Below, piece after piece: positions 28,823-38,954 of a stretch of DNA of 64,000 nt. Positions within the stretch are counted from its first letter, which is position 1. Each line of letters begins with the position of its first letter. Made by a program: the position numbers and the translations under genes. The notes under the pieces were generated by a model, which was given only the letters and a program-made list of their open reading frames with translations, had not been told where the DNA came from and searched no databases. The stretch comes from a virus (Duplodnaviria; Caudoviricetes), in the IMG/VR virus record IMGVR_UViG_3300029319_000020, positions 1-64,000 of that record; one strand, 5' to 3'.

Positions 28823-31800
28823 GCGAAGAATACTATAAAGAATTAGTTGCACATAATAATACAAAAAATAAGTCATCTAGCAGTAAATTAATTTTCGAGA
28901 ACGATTCACAAGCTGTCTATTTAGAACTTGATCGAGGTCACACATTCTCGACTTATGATACAAAGTTTTACGTTCTTGATGGAAATGATGGTATACCTGG
29001 TGGTAATCAAGATGGTATAGATGTACCAATTGCTCCTCAATTGAGAAGAATTTTAACTTCAAGACAAGTATTTGCAGCAAGAGGTTTCAAAACATTTAAT
29101 GCTTTACCACCTCTTGTGCAGTGGATAGTTATAACTTCAACTTCTTTTAAAGGTGACTTAGACGGAAGTTTAGGGGCTAAAATAGTTGAACTATACAATT
29201 CTGTTAGATTTGCTACTGGAATCGATGGAGAAAGAATAAATAATGCTGAAAAAGATATTGTTGTTTATAGAATAAAAAGATTGTTCAACATGATGAACAA
29301 TCAATTTAAACTAGGTACAACTGAAGAAGTACCTTTAAGTGATGGAGCATTAGAAATCTTTGCTTTATATGACAACATACTGATTGCTTGTGGAGAAGAA
29401 GATTCTGGTAAAGCAAATGATTCTTTTAATTCTACAAAAGAAAACAGACAAAGAATAATACAAAATTCAGTACAATCCAAGGGAAATAATTTCTTACTTA
29501 AAAGATTTGGTTCAGCACTTGCTGATACTTTTAGTTTGGGCTCATTTAGAATAGCTATAAATAAAAATATAAGAGACTATATTGATTGGGGCCTTGCTTT
29601 GACTGATGTAGGCCTTGATAATGGCTCTTTTTTAGCTGATAATATTCTTTTACCGGAAACAGATGGAGACATGGTATATTATATAGATCTTGATGGTGAC
29701 GAACCAGAGATTTTAGAAGTTGAAAAGAGTAAAGTAGACGCTGCTTCTGATGAACTTAAAGAAGTTTTAAAAGTTGACAAAGGGCAGAAAAAAGATCCTC
29801 AAGGTTTTGGTGGTAGATTTTTAAAATCAACTGATTTTTACCCAGTTAAATGGCAAGATATTAAAGATGCTGGAGACATATACAACAACGCACTAAGATT
29901 TAATGAATTTAAAACTGGTAAGAGTGTTCTATATGATATAAATCATAGATACACTGAACCGGCACTTTTTAATCTTGAAAGAATAAATTCAGAAGAGGGC
30001 GAAATGCTGAAGTTTGCCAATGAAAATTTACCAAACGTAACAATTTACGATAAGCCAGGAAACACACTTCCTTCAGCAGCGACAAGATCATTGGGCGGGG
30101 TATATGACCCAACAAAAAGCAAACCAAATATGTTTTGGGATTTTAACTTTTTTCAATTCAATGATTTTAGTCCTAAAAGTGAAGACTTGGTTGTAGGACA
30201 TTATTTAAGATTTATGCAAGCAGTAAAAGTTGATATTGAAAAAGATAAGGATCTTGACAGTACTTTAGGTTATTATTTTTATTGGGAAGCTCAAGACGCT
30301 GCTTTGACTCTTTTACCTTTCTTAGCTAAAGCACGTCAAGAAATGATTATTTCTAATATCTTGAAACAGTTAAAAGATAAAACTGAAGATGAAATAACAA
30401 ACATGGACTCTGAACAAGCTCTAGAACAGGCTGAGGCAGATGCGCAAAAAAACTTAAACGATCTTCCTACTTCTGAAGATGAAGATAAAAAACTATCTCC
30501 TGAGGATATAGAAAAAAGACAAAAACTTTATAAGCAATGTGCTTTACTTTTAAATGCTCACACTTTAAAAAATGAATATAATGCAATATTAATAGATAGA
30601 AAAGACAACGATCCTGTTCATAATAAAAATTTTTTTAATGGAAGATTTTGGATGGTTGAGGACAAGCCAAACCATAATACAGTACTAAACAAATTAGTAA
30701 CTCCAACAGGCGAAGCAGCAAAACCTTTTATGGAAATCACACCAGACATAATAGCGGCTCTTCAACCTAGATTACGACTACACAAAATTTACAAAACAAA
30801 AAACAATAAAATACAAACTCATGAAATTCCTTTTGAATCATTTTATCCAAAATCAAGATCCGAGGGTTTATCAAATGGTGCGACTTTTGATAAAGGAGCA
30901 GGATATGGCATAAAAGAATTTTCTTTTTCTTTTGATGGAGAAACACCAGCCACAGCTCAAAAGTTTATAAAAGCAAAACTGTCTCTTTATTTTCAAACTT
31001 TTAATGATTTTATAAAAGAAAGAACTTTAGAACTTCAAAACGAAAAATATACTTTTCGTTATTTAGATTTATTTGTTAATACTAAATTTTGTCCCAGATC
31101 AGGTTTAAACTCCTTTTCTCCTCTTTATTATGATCCTTCGTTTTATAGGCTTAGAGTTGATGTTGGCTGGGAACCAAGATTTGATAAACAGTTTGCTGAA
31201 TTATTATCAAAGAGGTATGGAGGTACTGTTGATATTGCAAAGTTTGCAGATGCTCTTAATAGTACAAATAAAACTTTTTATTTAAACCTATTAGATCACT
31301 CTATCAATATAAATGAAGATGGAACAGTAACAATAGATGCTGAATATATAGCTTATATGCAAGGAATATTACAATCTAATTCTTTTAACGCCTTAACAAC
31401 AAAGTATGCCAAACAACAACAAAGAACATATGCTAGAAAATATGAAGAACTGTTAGGTAGCGAATCATGCACTCCTCGGGAATTAGATGAATTAGCTGCT
31501 ACTATAAATTCTATAAATGATAAAATTACGCAATCTTTACACCAAGGAATTATAAAAAGATTAATATTGAACAAAGCTATATATAACGTAAAAATAGACG
31601 AGTCAGCTATTAATGATTTTAGAAATACAAGTTTTTTTAGCAGTATTCCAAAATTAAAAAAATCAAGCACTGTGGCTCAGAACAAAAGTCAAGCAGTTGC
31701 TAATACAAAAGATGCAGAAGAGTTAACCAACGTTATACAATCTACGTTTATACAAGATGAACAATATAGGGAAAATAGAAAAATATATTTTTTCTTTATG

Positions 31801-32994
31801 GCTGATCTTATTTATATAATTCTAGATTCTCTTTATAATGAGGACGGAACACAAGAAGAATCAGCAGAAAATTTAAAACTAATACTAAGCTCTTTTTCTT
31901 TTAAAAACCCTTATAAAACAGAGGATATTCACTTAAATATTGGTCAAATTCCTATTGATATAGATACTTTTCTTTCTTGGTATGAAAAAGAAATTATAAA
32001 AAAAGATATTACAAACATGCCAATCTTAACTTTTATAAAAAGGTTGTTGCACTATTTGGTTCAAGATGTTTTTTTAGAAACTTGTATAAACAGACAAGAA
32101 CATAAAAGGTTAGTTTTCCAAAGTACAAGTTTTCTTGCAAATGATGATGGAGCTTTTGAGATGGGTGCAGATGAAGAAGAAACAGACATAAATATAACCA
32201 ACGATCCTATGAACACTGTTGTGGATAATATTCCAGTTGCAAACCTTTCTACAATCTATGGTGATGGGTATTTACCTTTATCGACTGGTTTTCGATTTAA
32301 TGGTCCTAAGCCAACTTCAGAGTTTTATAATTATCTTTTTATATATCCTCATTATAGATCAGCACAACATGTAGGTAGAGGAAATCCTTCTGAAGATGAA
32401 AGTAGAGGAGTCCAACATCTTTATATAGGGGCGGATAAGGGCTTAACAAAAAAGATTTCTTTTTCAAAATCAGATATTCAGTACATAAGAGAATCTAGAA
32501 TGATGCAACAAGGATCAAATGGTCTTTTACAGTTGTCTTCTGTTTATAGGGCTTCTATCTCTATGATAGGTAACACTCTATTTTATCCTGGTATGGAGGT
32601 GTATATAAACCCATTTGGGTTTGGAGGTCTTGAGTTTGGATTACCAAATCAAGGACCGGGAACCGTTCAGGCACCTAATCTTTCTAATATTATGGGTATT
32701 GGTGGTTACTATCAAATTTTGAAAGTTAGTTCAAAAATATCTCCCGGATCTTTTACAACAGATGTAGACGCACATTTTATATACTCTGGTGATGGTCAAC
32801 CAGTCAACAGAGATGGTTTAAAAAAAGTTGATTTATGTAAAGATATAAAGTCTATAGCTAAAGGTGAAGAAAGCGATGAAGATTGTCGAACTGTTATACT
32901 GGAAGCACAAAATGTTGTTTTAAACTCTGATGGAGCCAGTACTACACCAGCTACTAGTGAAGCAGTAAATGAACAGGAGCCTCAAAGTGAGTGA
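28819..32994 (+). CDS. Large baseplate hub-like protein
   Basis: 1391 aa. C-terminal ISMIGNTLFYPGMEVYINP...GGYYQILKVSSKI resembles hub (gp27/late-control-D-type) beta barrels; synteny. Confidence 0.55.
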   Translation: MSEEYYKELVAHNNTKNKSSSSKLIFENDSQAVYLELDRGHTFSTYDTKFYVLDGNDGIPGGNQDGIDVPIAPQLRRILTSRQVFAARGFKTFNALPPLVQWIVITSTSFKGDLDGSLGAKIVELYNSVRFATGIDGERINNAEKDIVVYRIKRLFNMMNNQFKLGTTEEVPLSDGALEIFALYDNILIACGEEDSGKANDSFNSTKENRQRIIQNSVQSKGNNFLLKRFGSALADTFSLGSFRIAINKNIRDYIDWGLALTDVGLDNGSFLADNILLPETDGDMVYYIDLDGDEPEILEVEKSKVDAASDELKEVLKVDKGQKKDPQGFGGRFLKSTDFYPVKWQDIKDAGDIYNNALRFNEFKTGKSVLYDINHRYTEPALFNLERINSEEGEMLKFANENLPNVTIYDKPGNTLPSAATRSLGGVYDPTKSKPNMFWDFNFFQFNDFSPKSEDLVVGHYLRFMQAVKVDIEKDKDLDSTLGYYFYWEAQDAALTLLPFLAKARQEMIISNILKQLKDKTEDEITNMDSEQALEQAEADAQKNLNDLPTSEDEDKKLSPEDIEKRQKLYKQCALLLNAHTLKNEYNAILIDRKDNDPVHNKNFFNGRFWMVEDKPNHNTVLNKLVTPTGEAAKPFMEITPDIIAALQPRLRLHKIYKTKNNKIQTHEIPFESFYPKSRSEGLSNGATFDKGAGYGIKEFSFSFDGETPATAQKFIKAKLSLYFQTFNDFIKERTLELQNEKYTFRYLDLFVNTKFCPRSGLNSFSPLYYDPSFYRLRVDVGWEPRFDKQFAELLSKRYGGTVDIAKFADALNSTNKTFYLNLLDHSININEDGTVTIDAEYIAYMQGILQSNSFNALTTKYAKQQQRTYARKYEELLGSESCTPRELDELAATINSINDKITQSLHQGIIKRLILNKAIYNVKIDESAINDFRNTSFFSSIPKLKKSSTVAQNKSQAVANTKDAEELTNVIQSTFIQDEQYRENRKIYFFFMADLIYIILDSLYNEDGTQEESAENLKLILSSFSFKNPYKTEDIHLNIGQIPIDIDTFLSWYEKEIIKKDITNMPILTFIKRLLHYLVQDVFLETCINRQEHKRLVFQSTSFLANDDGAFEMGADEEETDINITNDPMNTVVDNIPVANLSTIYGDGYLPLSTGFRFNGPKPTSEFYNYLFIYPHYRSAQHVGRGNPSEDESRGVQHLYIGADKGLTKKISFSKSDIQYIRESRMMQQGSNGLLQLSSVYRASISMIGNTLFYPGMEVYINPFGFGGLEFGLPNQGPGTVQAPNLSNIMGIGGYYQILKVSSKISPGSFTTDVDAHFIYSGDGQPVNRDGLKKVDLCKDIKSIAKGEESDEDCRTVILEAQNVVLNSDGASTTPATSEAVNEQEPQSE

Positions 32995-34189
32995 TTACAA
33001 AGGAAAAAATAAAACTAAATCTACAAGAATTCTTGCTACTCAAAGAGTTATTTATAAAACAAAATCTTTTAGAGAAGAGTTATCAGATAAACCAAAAAAT
33101 ATAAAAGATTTCAATTTTGTTGAAAGGACTCAGTATGGTAGAGTAAATCAAGTGTTTGATACAGTATACCCTAACAAGACAACTCTCAAGACTATTAAGA
33201 ATCCTGATAAACCTGCAAACTATTATGTTATACAAGATTTTGTTGCTGATGCTTTTGAAAGATTTGTAGCAAAAATGAAGCAAGCTGTTACTTTTGGTAA
33301 CTGTCCCTCTGATCATCCTTATTTATCTGAGATAAAAGTTTATCATGCTTTTAAAGATCCATATGCTTTATACAACGAATATATGGAAAATTATTTAGAT
33401 GAGTTTGTCAATTCCATAGATGAAAGATCAATCTTATCATTTGATGATTGGGTAAATTCTTTTTTATTTTTCTGTAGAAGAAACGGAGCTAAGTTTCCTA
33501 CAACTTTTTCAGGATTTCAAAGAACAGATAAGTCAAACATATTTACCTCCGGATTAGCAATTTCAATATCAGATTTAAAAGCTGATGACGATACAAAAAA
33601 ACAAGAATTTTTTCTGGATTATCCTGCTCTTGACTTTTATATAAACGCAGCAAAGCAGTATGGTTTTTACATAAGCCAAACAACTCCGTGGGTTCTTGTA
33701 GCAGATCTAGACTCTCCAGCTTTATCATTATACCTTCAAAAATACAACTTGTCAACAGTTAATCAAATATTTTCTGAAAATTATTTAAAGTGCTATAAAG
33801 AAGATCTAAGATTATTACGATCATTACTAGAAACTTCTTATGATGAATTTATTATAGCTAATCCTTACAATACAGAATTAGATATATCTTGTAAAAAAAC
33901 TAAAATTAATATTAATAATAAAAAAATAATAAATAATAAATATAATAATAAATATTATATAAATATTATAATAGAATTATATAATATAGAACAATACAAT
34001 ATACTAACTCCAGCTGATATACAAAGAATAAAAGAAAAAGCAATTTTTTTTGAAAAAAAACTTGACATTTCCAAGTCAATAGATTATATTAATAGTCAGT
34101 TCAATCAACTAGTTCTAGCAAGACCTGGTGGAATGAATGATCTAATATCTAGACAACGACGGAGGAACAGTGATATTTCAAATAATTGA
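32969..34189 (+). CDS. Hypothetical protein, last gene of the tail module
   Basis: 406-aa ORF whose C-terminal part is encoded by a pure A/T tract. Confidence 0.6.
   Translation: MNRSLKVSDYKGKNKTKSTRILATQRVIYKTKSFREELSDKPKNIKDFNFVERTQYGRVNQVFDTVYPNKTTLKTIKNPDKPANYYVIQDFVADAFERFVAKMKQAVTFGNCPSDHPYLSEIKVYHAFKDPYALYNEYMENYLDEFVNSIDERSILSFDDWVNSFLFFCRRNGAKFPTTFSGFQRTDKSNIFTSGLAISISDLKADDDTKKQEFFLDYPALDFYINAAKQYGFYISQTTPWVLVADLDSPALSLYLQKYNLSTVNQIFSENYLKCYKEDLRLLRSLLETSYDEFIIANPYNTELDISCKKTKININNKKIINNKYNNKYYINIIIELYNIEQYNILTPADIQRIKEKAIFFEKKLDISKSIDYINSQFNQLVLARPGGMNDLISRQRRRNSDISNN
33901..33973. repeat. 73-bp uninterrupted A/T tract
   Basis: No G or C from 33901 to 33973; repeated AATAAT/AAATA words. 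Confidence 0.9.
34062..34090 (+). promoter_or_regulatory. Sigma70-type promoter (polA-like gene)
   Basis: TTGACA-17-TATATT. Confidence 0.75.
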
Positions 34190-35345
34190 TGATAAAAAAG
34201 AATGTAGAGGCTATTTTGCTGATGGTAAATTAAGAATAAGAGACTTACCACAGTCTCTTTCTGCTACTTGGGATTGGTCAGAGTTAATTGGAGATCGTGA
34301 TATTGTTTTGGCTAAAATACTTACTAAAGGCAAATCAGTTAATGATGCTTGTCCTGATCATTTAAAAGAAAGATTAGAGGCAAGAGAACGAAAAATTAAA
34401 GCTCACTTAAAATCTTTTATTAAATCTAAAGTAAAACTTGAAGACATTTGTTTTTATGATCTTGTTCCAACAAAAGACCTTCAGCATTACTATAATTTAC
34501 TTAATGAAATAACCAAATGGACAATTGACAATTATCCTAAACCTAAAAACTATCGTTTAATGCATAATGTTAATCAGATGTGTAAAGAAATTTCTAAACA
34601 AACTTTAAAAGTCAACAAAGAAAGATGGAAATGGCATGCAGAACGAGATCAGAAAGCTATGTATTTAGCAAATAGCTTTTGGGATAAACCTCTAAGGGTA
34701 GATTACAACCCTTGGGGTACGGTTACAGGACGTTTAGGGCTTAACGAAGGGTCTTTTCCTATCCTTAACCTTAAAAACTCTATAAAGGACATTGTCGTTC
34801 CAAAGTGGGACTGTTTTGTAGAGCTTGACTTTAATGGTGCCGAGTTAAGAACCCTGCTACACCTCTCCGGGCACCCACAACCGCACGAGGACATACATGA
34901 TTTCAATCAAACTAGCATTTTTAACAATAATATTTCTAGAGATGATGCAAAAAAGCAGATTTTTGCATGGCTCTATAACCCGACTTCAACAGCAGTTACA
35001 ACTGATCTGTATGATAAGCAAAAAGTCTTGGACAAACACTATACAGAGGGAATTGTATCTACTCCGTTTGGAAGAACAATACCTTCAGATGATTTCCACG
35101 CACTTAACTACCTTATACAATCGACCTCCTCAGATAATTTCCTTGACAGAGCATCCGCGATACACAAATACTGTAAGGGATTCAAAACTAACGTAGTATT
35201 TCTTGTTCACGATTCAATTGTCTTGGATGTTCCATTCTCGGAGAAGAATAGAATAAAAGAAATTGTTGAGATCTTTCAAAACACAAAACTTGGAAAGTTC
35301 AAAGTTAATATCAATGTCGCAAAGAACCTAGGGGAATTAAAATGA
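34170..35345 (+). CDS. Miniature family-A DNA polymerase (polymerase domain only)
   Basis: TVTGRL, motif A ELDFNGAELR, motif B RDDAKKQIFAWLY, NYLIQST, motif C VHDS; GTG start after CGGAGG. Confidence 0.85.
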   Translation: MIFQIIDDKKECRGYFADGKLRIRDLPQSLSATWDWSELIGDRDIVLAKILTKGKSVNDACPDHLKERLEARERKIKAHLKSFIKSKVKLEDICFYDLVPTKDLQHYYNLLNEITKWTIDNYPKPKNYRLMHNVNQMCKEISKQTLKVNKERWKWHAERDQKAMYLANSFWDKPLRVDYNPWGTVTGRLGLNEGSFPILNLKNSIKDIVVPKWDCFVELDFNGAELRTLLHLSGHPQPHEDIHDFNQTSIFNNNISRDDAKKQIFAWLYNPTSTAVTTDLYDKQKVLDKHYTEGIVSTPFGRTIPSDDFHALNYLIQSTSSDNFLDRASAIHKYCKGFKTNVVFLVHDSIVLDVPFSEKNRIKEIVEIFQNTKLGKFKVNINVAKNLGELK

Positions 35346-35800
35346 AGAAATGTCCTACATGTAAAATAAAGAAAGAATCTAAATTCTTTACAAAAGATAA
35401 AACAAAAAAAGATGGTCTTTATGCAATTTGCAAGGCTTGTCGAATGAGAAGAAGAAAAGAACGATACGAAAAAGATTATGAAACCATGAAAGAAAAAATG
35501 AAAAACATGACCGGTGGAATTTACATAATCAAAAATGAAAAAGAAAACAAGATTTATGTAGGGCAATCTATTATGATTGAACAAAGAAAAAAACAACACT
35601 TCACAGATCTTAGAGGAAAGAGGCATCCAAACAAACAATTGCAAGAAGATTTTAATAGACTCGGAGAAGATGCGTTTGATCATCAAGTTTATCAAGAAGT
35701 AGTTAAAGATGATGTCTTATTGATAAAATTAAAAGAACTTGAGACTATGTTCAAATTTAGAAACGAAGGTTGGAAACTATATAATTCGGAGGAAAAATGA
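35342..35800 (+). CDS. Free-standing GIY-YIG endonuclease with an N-terminal CxxC...CxxC finger
   Basis: GIYIIKN...KIYVGQS...RKKQH; C-terminal E and LYN; CPTC and CKAC. Confidence 0.85.
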   Translation: MKKCPTCKIKKESKFFTKDKTKKDGLYAICKACRMRRRKERYEKDYETMKEKMKNMTGGIYIIKNEKENKIYVGQSIMIEQRKKQHFTDLRGKRHPNKQLQEDFNRLGEDAFDHQVYQEVVKDDVLLIKLKELETMFKFRNEGWKLYNSEEK

Positions 35801-36474
35801 AAAAATGTACAAAATGTGGAATTGAAAAAAATCTTGATGAATATCATAAAAACAAAATGGGAGCTTTTGGAAGACAAGCAGAATGTAAAGAGTGTAAAAA
35901 AAAATATTTCTTACGCAATAGAGACAAGATTAGAAAAAAACAAAAAGAATACGAGAACAATAACAAAGAAAAAATAAAATTAAAAGATCAAAAAAAGTAT
36001 CTCAAAAATAAAGAATACATACTTGAACGAAATGCTAAATATCGTAAAAAAAACAAAGAAAAAATAGAAGAATATAGAAAAAACAATAGAGATTTTATAA
36101 ACAAAAATCAAAGGGCAAGTTATAAAAAACAAGTAACTATACAGCCTGCCTGTATCTATTTAATAAGGTGTGTAAAAAACAATAAAGTCTATATTGGAGA
36201 AACAATTCGAGGAAAAATGAGATGGTCTAGTCATCTTACTAAGCTTAGAGGCGATTATCATCCAAACAGTAAACTACAAGAAGATTATAATAAACACGGA
36301 GAAGATTCTTTTGAATGGTTAATAATAAAAGAAACATCAAAGGATAAGAACACACTCCTGCTCGAAGAAGCAAGAGAAATTCAAAGAAGAATAAACAACG
36401 GAGAAGAACTTTATAATCTGATACTAACAGTAGAGCAACTGAAACTACTAAACGAAAATCAGGAGTTAAAATGA
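35797..36474 (+). CDS. Second GIY-YIG endonuclease with an N-terminal Zn finger
   Basis: CIYLIRC...KVYIGET...RWSSH, LYNL; CTKC and CKEC. Confidence 0.85.
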   Translation: MKKCTKCGIEKNLDEYHKNKMGAFGRQAECKECKKKYFLRNRDKIRKKQKEYENNNKEKIKLKDQKKYLKNKEYILERNAKYRKKNKEKIEEYRKNNRDFINKNQRASYKKQVTIQPACIYLIRCVKNNKVYIGETIRGKMRWSSHLTKLRGDYHPNSKLQEDYNKHGEDSFEWLIIKETSKDKNTLLLEEAREIQRRINNGEELYNLILTVEQLKLLNENQELK

Positions 36475-37280
36475 TAACAATTGGACTTGGCAACGCTGGA
36501 AAAAACATATGCCGTAAGCTCTCAAATTTGGGCAAATACAAGACGATAGAGTTGGACGAGGGTAAAGGGTTACCTAAGTGTGAAACACACGAAGAATACG
36601 AATCTAGCGTCCCTAAACTAGGAAATAAGTTACGACTTGGAAAAGAACAAGATATTTGGTTTATTGTTTGTGGAGCTTCAAAAGTATCTGGAGCAACTCT
36701 TAGCATTTTAGAACAAATTAAAGATCGTCAGATCAAAGTAATGTATATTGTTCCTGATCCTTTCTTTCTTTCAAAAACACAAAAATTACAACATAAAGTT
36801 GTGTTTAATGTTCTTCAAGAATATGCAAGATCTGGATTGATAAATTCTGTGTGGCTTTTTGATAATAAAATTATTTCTTCAATTGTTGGAGAAGGAGCTC
36901 TTGGATCTTATTATGATAATGCAAATTCTGCTATTGCAAACTTTCTTGCAAATTATAAATGGTTTAAAAATACACAACCAATTATGGGCAACTTACACGA
37001 ACCAAAAAGTATATCAAGAATCAGAACCGTGTCAATCGGAGAACTAGAAAAAAATGAAGAAAATTTATATTTTTTACTTGACAACATAACAGAATCATGT
37101 TATTATTATAGTATAAGTTCTTACAAAAAAGAAAATGATAAACATCTTTTAAATAATATAAGGACTTATCTACAAACGAAAGATAATACAACCTTTGGAA
37201 TATGGGAAAACGGATCTGATCATTCGTTTTTCTATTCCATTAAGTTTACTCACTACATACAAGGAGGTTTAAATGAGTGA
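36471..37280 (+). CDS. Divergent tubulin/FtsZ-family protein (PhuZ/TubZ-like)
   Basis: N-terminal IGLGNAGKNI (T1 loop), CGASKVSGAT (degenerate GGGTGSG), VWLFDN. Confidence 0.65.
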   Translation: MITIGLGNAGKNICRKLSNLGKYKTIELDEGKGLPKCETHEEYESSVPKLGNKLRLGKEQDIWFIVCGASKVSGATLSILEQIKDRQIKVMYIVPDPFFLSKTQKLQHKVVFNVLQEYARSGLINSVWLFDNKIISSIVGEGALGSYYDNANSAIANFLANYKWFKNTQPIMGNLHEPKSISRIRTVSIGELEKNEENLYFLLDNITESCYYYSISSYKKENDKHLLNNIRTYLQTKDNTTFGIWENGSDHSFFYSIKFTHYIQGGLNE

Positions 37281-37461
37281 TTTAGAATACACTATTCAAA
37301 AAAATGAGCGTGATTTGCGTTTAACTGCTTTTCATATGGCAAGAGAAATTCTCAATGAGCAGCGTCATTTTGGTGCTCAACTAGGACAAACTGTCAAAGC
37401 TCCCACCACTGAGGAGATAAAATCAGAAGCAGAAAAAATATTAACTTTTTTAAAAAAATAA
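37273..37461 (+). CDS. Hypothetical protein
   Basis: AAGGAGG SD; LRLTAFHMAREIL...PTTEEIKSEAEKILTF. Confidence 0.65.
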   Translation: MSDLEYTIQKNERDLRLTAFHMAREILNEQRHFGAQLGQTVKAPTTEEIKSEAEKILTFLKK

Positions 37462-37462
37462 C

Positions 37463-37491
37463 TTGACAAATCTCTAATATCATGTTATAAT
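37463..37491 (+). promoter_or_regulatory. Sigma70-type promoter (extended -10)
   Basis: TTGACA-17-TATAAT with TG upstream of the -10. Confidence 0.85.
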
Positions 37492-37564
37492 ATATATACA
37501 AAAAAACAAAACTTTATTAAGTTTGCTCTTACATCGCTGAAACAAAAAAAATAAAAAAAATTAC

Positions 37565-37593
37565 TTGACAAAATGTTAAGAACATGTTATAAT
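37565..37593 (+). promoter_or_regulatory. Sigma70-type promoter, tandem with the previous one
   Basis: TTGACA-17-TATAAT with TG upstream of the -10. Confidence 0.85.
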
Positions 37594-37675
37594 AATAACA
37601 CGATGGTTGTTGAGAGATCAACCGAAATAAAAATCCTCAAACTATTAAGACATTTCATTATATAAAGGAGGATCT

Positions 37676-37939
37676 ATGTCTAACAATACATTCACATTCA
37701 ACGCTAACGTTTATACCGGAAGCTTTACAAAAAAAGATGGTACAACTCGTACAATGCGCTTCTTAAAGCAAAATGCTGTACCACAATCCCTTCAAGGTTC
37801 TGGAGTAAAACCACGTTACTTAGATACAAAACATGAAGTAGTATTTGATCTTGACCAAAATGGTTGGAGAGTTTTCAATCACAATAGAATTGTAGAATCA
37901 CCAACATTTACAAGACAAGAAGTAACTATAAACGGATAG
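37676..37939 (+). CDS. Small SH3/WYL-like (DUF2693-type) protein
   Basis: FTKKDGTTRTM...VFDLDQNGWRVF; AAGGAGG SD. Confidence 0.65.
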   Translation: MSNNTFTFNANVYTGSFTKKDGTTRTMRFLKQNAVPQSLQGSGVKPRYLDTKHEVVFDLDQNGWRVFNHNRIVESPTFTRQEVTING

Positions 37940-38144
37940 TTTTACAATAAAAATATAAAAAAATAATAAATAGGAATTACCTTCCTCCGAGTTGTTTGTC
38001 AAGATAACCAACGCATCATAAAAAACTTGACCCTCATTATCTTCCTATTACAAGGACTGTAAATGGAAGTTTTTATCTGGTTGAGATACAAAGTATCTTT
38101 GCCTTAGACAGTTAAGTCAATAATAACAACAAAGGAGTAAAATT

Positions 38145-38897
38145 ATGGCACTAAATCTAGACGCGATGCGTAAAAAACTTGAAGCATCAAAAAATGGTAA
38201 CAAAAAATCCAATGATACTAAGTGGAAACCTGAACAAGGTGATCAAACTATTAGGATTCTTCCTACAAAAGATGGTGATCCGTTCAAAGAATATCACTTT
38301 CATTATAATGTTGGAAAAAATCCTGGGATAATGTGTCCCAAAAAGAACTTTAATGAAGAATGTCCTATTTGTGACTTCGCATCAAAGTTATGGAAAGAAG
38401 GTGTTGAGAATAATGATGACGTTGCAAAACGTGAAGCTAAGAAACTTTTTGTTCGAAAGCGATATTATTCTCCCATCTTGGTTCGTGGAAGAGAATCAGA
38501 AGGTGTTAAAATCTGGGCTTATGGTAAACAAGCTTATGAAACACTTTTAGGTTATGTGTTAGATCCTGACTACGGAGATATCACTGACGTTGAGGCTGGA
38601 ACTGATATTGTATTAAATTATGATGTCCCTGGCACTCCTGGTTCTTTTCCTAAGACCACTCTCAAACCACGTCGTCGTCCCTCTATTCTCTGTGATGATG
38701 ATGTTGCGGACTGTGAAGCTTTACTAGACTCAATTCCTGATATCGGCTCACAGTTTGACCGCAAAACAACAGCAGATGTTCAAGCTATTTTGAACGAAGC
38801 CCTTTCCTCCGATGGCTCTGAAGGTCGAACTTCTGAGACCAGAAAGTATGGTGATCAAGATGCTGTTGATGCTGCCTTCGATAAGTTGGGAGCATAA
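38145..38897 (+). CDS. Single-stranded DNA-binding protein (T4 gp32-like)
   Basis: WKP..GDQTIRILP, FHYNVG, CP...EECPIC, RYYSPILVRG, acidic C-tail. Confidence 0.85.
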   Translation: MALNLDAMRKKLEASKNGNKKSNDTKWKPEQGDQTIRILPTKDGDPFKEYHFHYNVGKNPGIMCPKKNFNEECPICDFASKLWKEGVENNDDVAKREAKKLFVRKRYYSPILVRGRESEGVKIWAYGKQAYETLLGYVLDPDYGDITDVEAGTDIVLNYDVPGTPGSFPKTTLKPRRRPSILCDDDVADCEALLDSIPDIGSQFDRKTTADVQAILNEALSSDGSEGRTSETRKYGDQDAVDAAFDKLGA

Positions 38898-38907
38898 GAG
38901 AATCGGT

Positions 38908-38937
38908 TGCCCTCTCCGTTATGAGGGCACTTTTTTT
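38908..38937 (+). terminator. Rho-independent terminator
   Basis: TGCCCTC-tccgttat-GAGGGCA followed by a T tract. Confidence 0.75.
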
Positions 38938-38954
38938 AATAACGAGGAATAATA

